Made by a program: the position numbers and the translations under genes. The notes below the pieces were generated by a model. The model was not told the origin of the DNA and did not search any database. It worked only from the letters and a program-made list of their open reading frames with translations. A stretch of DNA of 64,000 bases from Candidatus Multivoradales bacterium (GTDB taxonomy: Bacteria; Acidobacteriota; Thermoanaerobaculia; Multivoradales; J023), in contig CBDFLE010000006.1 in the NCBI GenBank assembly GCA_965248925.1, forward strand, positions 4,256,001 to 4,320,000, given 5' to 3'. Below, one piece after another: positions 1 through 8,474 of the stretch. How positions within the stretch are numbered: position 1 is the stretch's first letter; every line of letters begins with the position of its first letter.

Positions 1-28
1 CTTCAAACCCGGCAAGGGAGTTGAAAGC

Positions 29-1000
29 TCAGAAGCGCTGCAACAGCTCTGCTTGCTTGCTGATCGCCTGCCGAAACTCAGCACCCAAGCGCTCAACCAA
101 CTCGGCCACCGGCAACACGTCGGCAATGGTGGCGACCCCCTGGCCGGCGGACCACAGAGTCTTCCAAGCCTTGGCCTCGGCTTCGGCGGGGTTGAGTTCT
201 TTGCCGAAGTCAATCTTCGCCTTCTGGTGCCACATGTCTTGGGTGATACCCATCGCTTCCAGACTGGGACGGAGGAAACTGGCCGGAACCCCTGAGACGG
301 CGGCGGTGTAGACGATTTCGGCGGTGCCACTGTCGATGATCATCTGCCGGTAGGCCGCATCGGCGCGACTTTCCTCGACGTTGATGAAGCGGGTGCCGAG
401 GTAGGCCAGGTCGGCGCCCATCTGCATCGCCGAGGCGATGTCGCGACCGGTGCTGATGCAGCCCGAAAGCAGCAGGATGCCATCGAAGAAGCTGCGGATC
501 TCAGCCAGGAAGGGCATTGGATTCAGCGTTCCAGCATGGCCGCCGGCGCCGGCGGCGACGCAGATCAAACCATCGACACCGGCGGCGGTGGCTTTCTCCG
601 CGTGGCGCCGGTTGGTAATGTCGTGCAGCACCAGGCCGCCGTAGGAATGCACCGCGTCGACCAGATCTGACACCGCGCCCAACGAAGTGATGACCAGCGG
701 CACCCGATGTTTGACCACCATTTGCAGGTCTGCCTGCAATCGCGGATTGGAGCGGTGAACGATCAGGTTGACGCCGTAGGGAGCCGGCCCTGAACCGCCC
801 TTACGGTAGCCATCGAGGTTGTCTTTAATCTTCACCAACCACTCTTCGAAACCCTCCGTGGTGCGTTGGTTGAGGGCTGGAAAGGTGCCGACGACTCCGC
901 TCTTGCAGCATTCGACGACCATCTTTGGTCCCGAGATCAGGAACATCGGCGCGGCGACCGCGGGAATCTTCAAGCTGTCGATGAAGGGAACTCGGCTCAT
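29..1000 (-). CDS. Nitronate monooxygenase / 2-nitropropane dioxygenase family flavoprotein
   Basis: 323 aa; PAVAAPMFLIS start, GAGGHAG motif, GADLAYLGTRF FMN-binding motif, WSAGQG C-terminus. Confidence 0.92.
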   Translation of the reverse strand: MSRVPFIDSLKIPAVAAPMFLISGPKMVVECCKSGVVGTFPALNQRTTEGFEEWLVKIKDNLDGYRKGGSGPAPYGVNLIVHRSNPRLQADLQMVVKHRVPLVITSLGAVSDLVDAVHSYGGLVLHDITNRRHAEKATAAGVDGLICVAAGAGGHAGTLNPMPFLAEIRSFFDGILLLSGCISTGRDIASAMQMGADLAYLGTRFINVEESRADAAYRQMIIDSGTAEIVYTAAVSGVPASFLRPSLEAMGITQDMWHQKAKIDFGKELNPAEAEAKAWKTLWSAGQGVATIADVLPVAELVERLGAEFRQAISKQAELLQRF

Positions 1001-1114
1001 AGGATAAGGACTCTCCTGGCGATCGTGGGCGGTTGGAATCGACTGGGCCGGCCGACGATATCCGGAGTCGGCGCGGAAGGCCAGGGATGCGAGCCTTCGG
1101 GTCGGCCTAGCCGG

Positions 1115-1318
1115 CTACAGCTCAAAGGGCTCCCAACCAGCGGAAGTTTCGCGGCCTGGCTGGAAGTCGCCGAGGCGGTCGGCGCGCAGCTGCTGCAGAT
1201 CGATCGGGGTGGTTTCGATGGAGGTCTGGCGTAAGCGGTGCAGTGCTGCGAGATCTTCTTCGCTGGTGGGTAGGTCGGAGTCCAGATCGAGGGGCTCAGA
1301 GGGTTTTTTCGATTTCAT
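1115..1318 (-). CDS. Small hypothetical protein coupled to the nucleotidyltransferase (possible TA-like partner)
   Basis: 67 aa from ATG at 1318 with GGAG upstream; overlaps the end of the upstream gene. Confidence 0.55.
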   Translation of the reverse strand: MKSKKPSEPLDLDSDLPTSEEDLAALHRLRQTSIETTPIDLQQLRADRLGDFQPGRETSAGWEPFEL

Positions 1319-1826
1319 GATAGTGCTCCAAGAGGTCATGTTTGTCGAAATAGCTCCGTGCCTCCAGGCGGTCGACTCCTGGCTGTAGCAGGAGGTGACG
1401 GATATCGGCCAGATCTTGCAGCGTCCGGCCAGGATCGTTCTTGATCGCGGTGACTTTCATGGCGATCAGATGCTCAGCGCGGGGCACCGGAATTCGCAGT
1501 CCAGCTGACCAGGCCATCGTCCGGGTTTGCGAGAAAAGCTGCCGAGCGGTTGCCTCGCCAATGTAGACCCAATCCACCCGGCCCAAGAGAGGATCCCGGT
1601 GGAGGTGATTCGAGTAGCCGGCTGAACGGTGTAGGGTCTCCCATCCCGCTGCTTCCATGTGCTGAATGACCGCTTTTTGGGCGCGCCGTTCGACCACCAG
1701 ATCAACGTCTAAGGTTGTCCGGGCCAAGCCGTAGGCCGCCAATCCGAGCCCGCCGATCAGCGCAAATCCAAACCCACCCTCTTCACAGAAGCGAGACAAA
1801 TCGTCGAGAACGCGTTCGAAGTCCAG
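1296..1826 (-). CDS. Minimal nucleotidyltransferase (AbiEii/DUF6036-like)
   Basis: LIGGLGLAAYG..RTTLDVDL (GG..DxD) motif, LIAMK and DLADI motifs; frame extends to a CTG at 1826 with AGGAGG 9 nt upstream. Confidence 0.8.
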   Translation of the reverse strand: MDFERVLDDLSRFCEEGGFGFALIGGLGLAAYGLARTTLDVDLVVERRAQKAVIQHMEAAGWETLHRSAGYSNHLHRDPLLGRVDWVYIGEATARQLFSQTRTMAWSAGLRIPVPRAEHLIAMKVTAIKNDPGRTLQDLADIRHLLLQPGVDRLEARSYFDKHDLLEHYHEIEKTL

Positions 1827-1867
1827 GGCTGAGCACCTCCTGAGAGAAGGCTATCAGTGGAGCCGAG

Positions 1868-2146
1868 CTAATAGGCTGAGCCTCGATGAGTGGCAGCGAT
1901 CAAGAAGACAAGCTTTTCCTGGTCATCGAGTTCGAAGAAAAAACGCCAACGGCCGATGCGGTAACGCCAGGTTTCCGGCGTGAAATTCTTCAGCTTGCGG
2001 ATGTAAGGACCAAAGTTAGGATTGCGACGCAGCTCAGGATAGACCGTGCGGACCAGCTTCTCCGCGATTCGGGTTAGGCCTGATTTGACGATCTGTCGCA
2101 GATCCTTCTGGAACTGCTCGGTTTCGAAGATCCGATACTCACTCAA
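1868..2146 (-). CDS. Type II TA toxin, RelE/ParE family
   Basis: 92 aa basic protein, IRKLK..WRYRIGRWRFFF..HRGSAY pattern; overlaps the antitoxin gene. Confidence 0.88.
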   Translation of the reverse strand: MSEYRIFETEQFQKDLRQIVKSGLTRIAEKLVRTVYPELRRNPNFGPYIRKLKNFTPETWRYRIGRWRFFFELDDQEKLVFLIAATHRGSAY

Positions 2147-2381
2147 CGAAGCGGCCTAGGAGTTTCCCGGCGTCCCGCGAGCCCTGCCGCAATCGGCCGA
2201 TCAACTCATCGTTGGCCAGGATGTCGGCCATTTCATAGTCGTCGATGAACTGCTGTTCGCGAAGTCGTTCCAGGGCCGCGGTCTCGATCAGGTTGGCCAG
2301 TGACCGGTTCTCGGCGCGGGCAGCGCCGGCAAACTGTTGGTAAGCCTCATCGTTTAGGCGTAGCGTGACCGTCTTGGGCAT
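2139..2381 (-). CDS. Antitoxin with ribbon-helix-helix domain
   Basis: 80 aa, KTVTLRL..AARAENRSLANLI RHH pattern, acidic C-terminus, AAGGAGG RBS, upstream of RelE. Confidence 0.85.
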   Translation of the reverse strand: MPKTVTLRLNDEAYQQFAGAARAENRSLANLIETAALERLREQQFIDDYEMADILANDELIGRLRQGSRDAGKLLGRFVE

Positions 2382-2402
2382 GCTTCATCCTCCTTCACTT
2401 TC

Positions 2403-2431
2403 ATTCTATTCGCATCGAAATGCTAGTTCAA
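2403..2431 (-). promoter_or_regulatory. Sigma70-type promoter of the RelBE-like operon with an internal palindrome (possible operator)
   Basis: Minus strand TTGAAC-17 nt-TAGAAT; spacer contains GCAT-TTCG-ATGC. Confidence 0.65.
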
Positions 2432-2446
2432 GCAAGCTGGAGCCCT

Positions 2447-5400
2447 TCAGGGCCCTTCCTCGACCAGTGGCCGGATCAGCCGCAGTGCCGGGCGCACCTG
2501 GTAGTGCTCGCGCCAGCGGCGGTGGGCGGGGGTGTCGGGGAAGGCGTCGGGGGCGGCGTAGGGGTATTGCGGCATGGCGTGGTAGGGCAGTGGGCCGACG
2601 GTTTGGGAATAGGCGGTGTTGGCGTCGCCGTCTTTGGCCCAGCCGTCGACGAAGAGCAGGAAGTCGCGGCGCCAGCCGAGCGGTAGCTGGGGCAGGTCGG
2701 TGGCGGCGAATTGCAATCGCAGCTCGTCTCCGGAGCCCATCACCACCAGGCGGTCGTCGGTGGTGCCGAGCAGGGGGCGGACGTTGCCGTAGCGAGTGTA
2801 GAGGCCGCGGGTGGGGTTCCACATCGACAGTGACCTTTTGACGGCGTAGACGAAGTGCTCGGGCTGTTTGCGCTCGGCATGGATCACCGCGCGGGCGAAG
2901 CCGCCGAAACGCAACTCAGCGCTGACCGTGTGTAGGTCGGTGAGTCGGGTTGGTGGCTCGGCCGCGCTCCGGCCGAGGAAGATCTCATCCCAGTAGACGC
3001 ATAAGTTGGTGACGATGCGTAACTCGCGGTGAGCGCTCGGCCAACGGCCGCTGAGGTCGAGGGCGATGGTCTTTGGTTTGCCCGCCGGGATGCCCATGTC
3101 TTCCAGGATGGTCAGCCACTGTCCAGCGCTATTCTTGGCCTGCAGGTAGGGCATGATCAAGCCGCCGTCGGCTTCCTGTGAGGCGCCGAGAAAGGTGCTG
3201 CCGTCGGCCCAGTCGACCCAGCCGGAGAGCACTAGAAGCTCGCCCTCCGCGGCTTCGGGGCCGAAGTCGAGGTCGAGGTGGTGAAGTTCGGCGACACCGG
3301 TGAAATCGCGTGCGAAGTCGTCCGGATAAATGCGGTCGCGGGCCTCGAGTCGGTCGAGCACGTCGCTGCCCTGGTGATCGCGGGCGCTGCGAGGATAGAA
3401 CCGCTCAGTGACGCCGAAAAGGCGGAATTCGGGGAAGGGCGGGCCTTTGAACTTCTCGTTGGTGAAGATGTCGACGGTTGCCGGATGGTCGACGGCGATC
3501 AGGCGGATTTCGTCGAGGAAGGCTACTTCCCGCAGCTCTTCGGTGATGCGGATCTCGTAGAAGCCGTTTTTCTCGACCAGCGAGTCGCTGCTGATCTGGA
3601 TGATCTCGTCATGATCGACCGGGAAGTACTCACCATTTCCGGCACTGGCGCCGAGGGGGGCGACGCCTAGAACATCGGTGATGAACTCGAACTCCTCGCC
3701 ATTCCAGGTGAAGATCATTGGGCACGAGCCCGACAGTCGCTGCGCTTCTTTGAATGGCGGTAGCTCGCCAGCGGGTTGGCGGGTCTCGTTCTGGATCATG
3801 CCGTTGGGCCAGGTGATGCGCACGGTGTCGGCTTCGGCGTAGCTGCCCAGGCCGAAGAGCAGTGGTTCCCCCCGATAGTGTTGTTTCTGGTAGATCCGAC
3901 CAGCTTTGACCTCGATCTCAGCTCCTGGCGCCAGCTTGAGGTTCTTGACCCCTTCGAGGCTGACTCGCAACCAACGGTTGCCGCTGCTGCTGGCATTGGT
4001 GAGCAGGCGTAGTTTGCCGTCGTCTCCGATCGCCGCCAGATCCCAGCGACCGTCGGTGTCGAAGTCGGCGGCTACCATGGCGCTGCTGCTGGCTAGATCG
4101 TTGATCTGCTCGGCGCGGGCGAAACGGCTGCTGCCCACGTTGCGATGCACGCCGGCGCTGCTGAGCAGCTCGAACACAGTGCGGTTCTCGAGGTCGACGA
4201 AGGTTAGGGGTGCATGGGCGCCACTCGGGCCGGCGACGGCGCGGAAGCCCAGCGAACGGTCATTGATCAACAAGGTCGTGTCTTGAGTGTTGGCGGCGAC
4301 GAGATCGGTCCAGCCGTCGTTGTCCAGGTCCCAAGCGCCGAGTTGGGTGGTTCCTGGGGGCAGGGCGTTGAGCGGTTGGGTCTGGTAGCGGCCGGCCAGG
4401 AGGTCGCGATAGACCACTCCCGAACGGTTCTTGTAGGATACTGCGAGGTCGACGTTCTGGGTGTCGGAGAGCCAATCAAAGCGCACGCCGGCTAGTGCTT
4501 CACCGTCGACGAAGGGGAAGTCGGCGCTGTGGTCGGTCCAGCCCGCGCTGCCGCCGTTGCGCAGCAGCCTCTGCGTCTTGCCGAGAAGGAATAGGTCGAG
4601 GTCGTAGTCGTGGTCGTAGTCCAGCCAGACCGCCTGATGAAAGACGCCGCTGGCCAGGGGTTCGGTGCGGCGCTCGAACCTGCCGCCGCGGTTGATCAGC
4701 AACCAGGCGGCGTTCTTGCTCAAGATGCAGAGATCGGCCAGGCCGTCGTTGTCGATATCGCCGTGGGCCGCTCCGCGAATACCGGCAAGGCCATCGATAC
4801 CGCTGTTCTGCACCGCTTTGCCGCCCGCGAAAAGGCGGGCGCCCTGTCGCGAAAAGGCGAGTAGCTCGGGCTTGCCGTCGCCGGTGGCGTCGAAGGTCAG
4901 TAGGCCGGCGGTGGCGCTGTCGAAGCCCTCGGCCAAGGCTTGGCTGGTGAGCTTGAGATTGCCTTTGGCGGGGGGTGGCGCGGCCTCGACTTCGGCGTAG
5001 AGTTCGCTGTACCAGCTCCATTCGAGATCTTCTGGAAAGGGGGCGTCGGCCTGGCGCTTCTTGAGTTCGCGGAAACGCGCCATGGCCTGCTTGGCATCGT
5101 CGCTGCGCTTGGCCTTGCGGTAGGCGGTGGCGAGTTGAAACTGCGGTCCGGCCAGGTTGGGGTCGAGGGCGGCAGCTCGTTCGATGTGGCGCAGAGAGTC
5201 CTCGCCGCGGCCAGTTAGACGGTAGAGCACGCCGAGGTTGTAGTGGGCGATGGGATCGTCGGCCACCCGGGCGATCATGCCTTCCAGCTGCTCGACCGCC
5301 AGCTCGTACTGCGAGTCGCGCTTATAGGCGATGCCCAGATTGAACCAGCTGTGGGGCAGGGAGGGATCTTGCTGCTGCGCTTTGCGCAGCTCGACGATGC

Positions 5401-5644
5401 CTTCCGCGGTCTTGCCGGCAGCGAGCAGGGCGAGGCCATAGTTGAGCCGCTCACGGGCCGAGTCGGGGGCCAGGTCCAGGGCTTTTTTGAGTTCTTCGAC
5501 GGCTTCGTATTGAGTGACCGGGTTCTCGTAGAACGCTTTACCCAGATTGCGGTGGTGCCACAGCCTTTCGCTCGAGTCTTGAGCGATGAGCAAACTCGGC
5601 AGCAGGCCCAGGGTCAGAGCCGTCAGGGAGGCGCGGGTGCTCAT
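2447..5644 (-). CDS. Secreted TPR + FG-GAP repeat + ASPIC/UnbV domain protein (CRTAC1-like) with C-terminal SCP-motif domain
   Basis: Signal peptide from ATG 5644 (GAGGA RBS), TPRs, DxDxDGxxD repeats, ASPIC motif LLFGLG..VRITWPNG, SGSCPMIFTWNG. Confidence 0.85.
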   Translation of the reverse strand: MSTRASLTALTLGLLPSLLIAQDSSERLWHHRNLGKAFYENPVTQYEAVEELKKALDLAPDSARERLNYGLALLAAGKTAEGIVELRKAQQQDPSLPHSWFNLGIAYKRDSQYELAVEQLEGMIARVADDPIAHYNLGVLYRLTGRGEDSLRHIERAAALDPNLAGPQFQLATAYRKAKRSDDAKQAMARFRELKKRQADAPFPEDLEWSWYSELYAEVEAAPPPAKGNLKLTSQALAEGFDSATAGLLTFDATGDGKPELLAFSRQGARLFAGGKAVQNSGIDGLAGIRGAAHGDIDNDGLADLCILSKNAAWLLINRGGRFERRTEPLASGVFHQAVWLDYDHDYDLDLFLLGKTQRLLRNGGSAGWTDHSADFPFVDGEALAGVRFDWLSDTQNVDLAVSYKNRSGVVYRDLLAGRYQTQPLNALPPGTTQLGAWDLDNDGWTDLVAANTQDTTLLINDRSLGFRAVAGPSGAHAPLTFVDLENRTVFELLSSAGVHRNVGSSRFARAEQINDLASSSAMVAADFDTDGRWDLAAIGDDGKLRLLTNASSSGNRWLRVSLEGVKNLKLAPGAEIEVKAGRIYQKQHYRGEPLLFGLGSYAEADTVRITWPNGMIQNETRQPAGELPPFKEAQRLSGSCPMIFTWNGEEFEFITDVLGVAPLGASAGNGEYFPVDHDEIIQISSDSLVEKNGFYEIRITEELREVAFLDEIRLIAVDHPATVDIFTNEKFKGPPFPEFRLFGVTERFYPRSARDHQGSDVLDRLEARDRIYPDDFARDFTGVAELHHLDLDFGPEAAEGELLVLSGWVDWADGSTFLGASQEADGGLIMPYLQAKNSAGQWLTILEDMGIPAGKPKTIALDLSGRWPSAHRELRIVTNLCVYWDEIFLGRSAAEPPTRLTDLHTVSAELRFGGFARAVIHAERKQPEHFVYAVKRSLSMWNPTRGLYTRYGNVRPLLGTTDDRLVVMGSGDELRLQFAATDLPQLPLGWRRDFLLFVDGWAKDGDANTAYSQTVGPLPYHAMPQYPYAAPDAFPDTPAHRRWREHYQVRPALRLIRPLVEEGP

Positions 5645-5798
5645 GGAACGATCCTCGGATTGACTTGGTCTTGCGAATCGGTGGAGTTGCTTAGGTCTGG
5701 CTCGATTGTAAGAGAAAGTTGGGCCTTTGAACCAGCGCAAAGATGGCATAAGCTTTGGAATCCGATCTTGATGAACTGTATTTGGAGGACTCCGACCC

Positions 5799-7874
5799 AT
5801 GGCATTCAAACCGCCAGTTTCCAAGCTGCCAGCTCTCCCCACGCCGCCAACGCACTCGCCGTCTCCGGCCAAGGACCGGGCAGGTTCGCCAAAATACCAA
5901 CAGAACCACTACGAGGTGGCGCAGCTCGAAGCGCTGCCGGGGGTTCTCGCGCCCGCGGAGCGGCAGCGGCTTGACGTCTTGCGGGCTAAGAGAATGGAAG
6001 CTTTGGATCGACGGATTCAGAGAGCCGAGCTGCTGGGGCATCGTTGGACCTACAACTCCGCCCAACCTGCAGGGCTGGGCACCCTCGCCGATGCGCCAGG
6101 CCGGAACATCGAGATGAGGTCGGCGCAGGATGGGAATCTGCCCGCTGCAGGGCGGCACTTGGTGCAGCGTGTGCCAGCCGACTTCCAGCCGCCTGGCTTG
6201 TTGGTTTACAACCATGCCAGTAGCTGGACTAGATTGTTCAGCAGCGACGTTCCTTGGTATGACTTCCGAGTGCATCTGGACCAATACAAGGTGTTGGCAC
6301 CGGCTGCGCACCAGCAAAGGAAAATTGCTCTCTCCGACCTCGAGAATGACGTTCAAGACTGGCAAGTGGCCTATGCCGGAAAGACCGTGGCGGAAAAGGA
6401 AACTGCGGAAACCATGGGCAAACGCCTGGCGCTGCAAGTCATGGGATCGATGATCCGCGATGAATGGATGGAACTTGAAGAATTTGGATCGACCCTCAAC
6501 GAAGATGCCCAGCTCATCCGATCCAAGAGGCTGAAATTGGACTATGTTCTCGAGGCGGTCATGGAAGGGCGAAAGGTCGTGCGGGCGGGGGAGGAAGGGT
6601 TGTATGTTCGAAAGATCCAGCGCTCGTTGGTAGATCTGGGGCATTTGGCTGTCGCCGCGGTCAGCGGTCAATTCGACGGTGCCACCCAGGTCGCCGTCAG
6701 GGCCTTCCAGGCTGCAGCAGGGATCGCGCAAACCGGCATCGTCGATGCGGCGACCATGATAAGGCTCGACCGAGGTTTTACCGATTACGCATCGGAGAAC
6801 ACGCTTGCCACCGCGGCGGGGGCCGTGCCAAATGCTGTCGAAGGCACGGAATATGATGTCGCAGCAACGCCGGCCGCGCTTCTCGCCGGAACTCACGCCT
6901 TGTCCAACCGTGAGAAACCGATGGTGAGGGATGCGATCAGATCCGGCGGAGCGGTCGCCGTCGGCGGTGCATTGCCAGTATTTCAACCAGATATTGCCGC
7001 CGGAAACTATAAGGCGCGGGTGAAGGCCAAGGCGAATGAAATCGTTGATGACCAATATCAGCAACTGGGACACGGCAAGGCGGCGCTGCGAGCCGATCCG
7101 GCGAATCTTTTCCAGGCAGTGGATATCGATCGCGTGGCGACCGCCGCGAAGGCACAGGCAGATAGTGTCTTCGGCAAGTACGCCCGGAGTCCTGCTCTCC
7201 AATACGGCGTGAGCATCCTCGATAAATGGGATTTTGAGACCGGGCGGATCGCAGCTTCGGCAGCCTATGGTGATAACAAGGCCGCATGGCGGGTAAGAAA
7301 AATCATAGAGGGGGGCGCCGCCGTCAAGGCCATCGATCGCCAACATGGGGCGGTGCAGTCCCGCGGTCCGGAGAGTGTGCTGTTGGCGCAGGTTGTCGCC
7401 GAGATTGTTGCCGTCAAGCGTGATCAACTACTGGAAACACATAAAGGGTGGCCGGCGTCCGCGGGTGGCGGTCAGATCAAACTGCAGCGATTCAAGGGCG
7501 CAAATGACAGGCAGAACCGGAGTATTCTATGGGAACTCTTCCAAACGGTGATTCACGAATACACGCATACGCTGGAGCACTCGGCAAGTATTGCCTATCG
7601 CCAAACACTGGATCAACAAGCCGGGGGTTTCACCATTCGCGAGGGATTTACTGACTATTTCACTCGCATTGCCTGGCATAATACAACGATTAACGTCGCC
7701 CTGCGACAGGCCATTGAGGGTCCCATGTACGATGTCGGCGACCCGATCGCCCCGCCCCGCTTGGGTACCTACAAGGAGGCTGATCAGGCAGAGCGGGTGG
7801 CATCGATCATCGGCTTCGAAAACCTGGCCGCGGCCTATTTCCTCGGTCACGTCGATCGTTTGCAACATACTTGA
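5799..7874 (+). CDS. Peptidoglycan-binding domain + HEXXH zinc metallopeptidase, toxin/effector-like
   Basis: VRKIQRSLVDLG..GQFDGATQVAVRAFQ..GIVDAAT (PG_binding_1); IHEYTHTLEH..IREGFTDY gluzincin pattern; Pro-rich N-terminus, no signal peptide. Confidence 0.75.
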   Translation: MAFKPPVSKLPALPTPPTHSPSPAKDRAGSPKYQQNHYEVAQLEALPGVLAPAERQRLDVLRAKRMEALDRRIQRAELLGHRWTYNSAQPAGLGTLADAPGRNIEMRSAQDGNLPAAGRHLVQRVPADFQPPGLLVYNHASSWTRLFSSDVPWYDFRVHLDQYKVLAPAAHQQRKIALSDLENDVQDWQVAYAGKTVAEKETAETMGKRLALQVMGSMIRDEWMELEEFGSTLNEDAQLIRSKRLKLDYVLEAVMEGRKVVRAGEEGLYVRKIQRSLVDLGHLAVAAVSGQFDGATQVAVRAFQAAAGIAQTGIVDAATMIRLDRGFTDYASENTLATAAGAVPNAVEGTEYDVAATPAALLAGTHALSNREKPMVRDAIRSGGAVAVGGALPVFQPDIAAGNYKARVKAKANEIVDDQYQQLGHGKAALRADPANLFQAVDIDRVATAAKAQADSVFGKYARSPALQYGVSILDKWDFETGRIAASAAYGDNKAAWRVRKIIEGGAAVKAIDRQHGAVQSRGPESVLLAQVVAEIVAVKRDQLLETHKGWPASAGGGQIKLQRFKGANDRQNRSILWELFQTVIHEYTHTLEHSASIAYRQTLDQQAGGFTIREGFTDYFTRIAWHNTTINVALRQAIEGPMYDVGDPIAPPRLGTYKEADQAERVASIIGFENLAAAYFLGHVDRLQHT

Positions 7875-7913
7875 GGAACCGGGCGCTAGTGACAAGGAGG
7901 CTGGCAGAGAAAA

Positions 7914-8426
7914 ATGAGTGATCATCAAGACAAACTAGCTCCCCTGGCCGGATTCAAGGCCAAGAAACTTGAATCCTGGATGGGTCTCGCGCCAGGGACC
8001 ACTCGCGTAGATGTCGAGGCTGCCTGGAACACTGAGTTGATCGGCAATGCGAAGGGATTTTTGGGTCGGCAGGTGCGGCAACTGAATTTCTCGGCAGCTA
8101 ACCTGGAGGGGTTCCCCTTGCCCTTGCAGGTTTGGTACGAAGGAGAGAAAGTGGTGAAAATCCGCGCGGATCTACCGAATTTGCCGCTCTCTCCGAGGGA
8201 TTATTTCATGAGATTTGCTGTCGAGCCGATAAGACTGAATTTCGATTGGGGAGGGTTGCTTGTAGAGATGGGTGAATGGGTTTTCCCCGCGCGAGGAATT
8301 TCTCTATTTTGCGATCCGGAGTTTGACCAAGTCGTGACCGTGGATGTTTTCAGTCCGGTTACGGAGGCCGAATACCTTGCGGACTTCTACTTTTATGAAC
8401 CTGAACGAGAGTTTCCTGAGCGTTGA
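7914..8426 (+). CDS. Hypothetical protein, possible immunity/partner of the upstream peptidase
   Basis: 170 aa ORF 39 nt downstream on the same strand, AAGGAGG upstream, lower GC. Confidence 0.6.
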   Translation: MSDHQDKLAPLAGFKAKKLESWMGLAPGTTRVDVEAAWNTELIGNAKGFLGRQVRQLNFSAANLEGFPLPLQVWYEGEKVVKIRADLPNLPLSPRDYFMRFAVEPIRLNFDWGGLLVEMGEWVFPARGISLFCDPEFDQVVTVDVFSPVTEAEYLADFYFYEPEREFPER

Positions 8427-8474
8427 TCGCCGCAACACGGCCGCCCGAGTAGCGAAAGACTCGGGGTAGCGGCG

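Noticed and set aside
5744-5759. Sigma54 promoter TGGCAT-N5-TTGGA upstream of the peptidase
   Set aside because: Lacks the -12 GC
5691-7427. 578-aa minus-strand ORF
   Set aside because: Antisense shadow of 5799..7874, which carries recognisable domains
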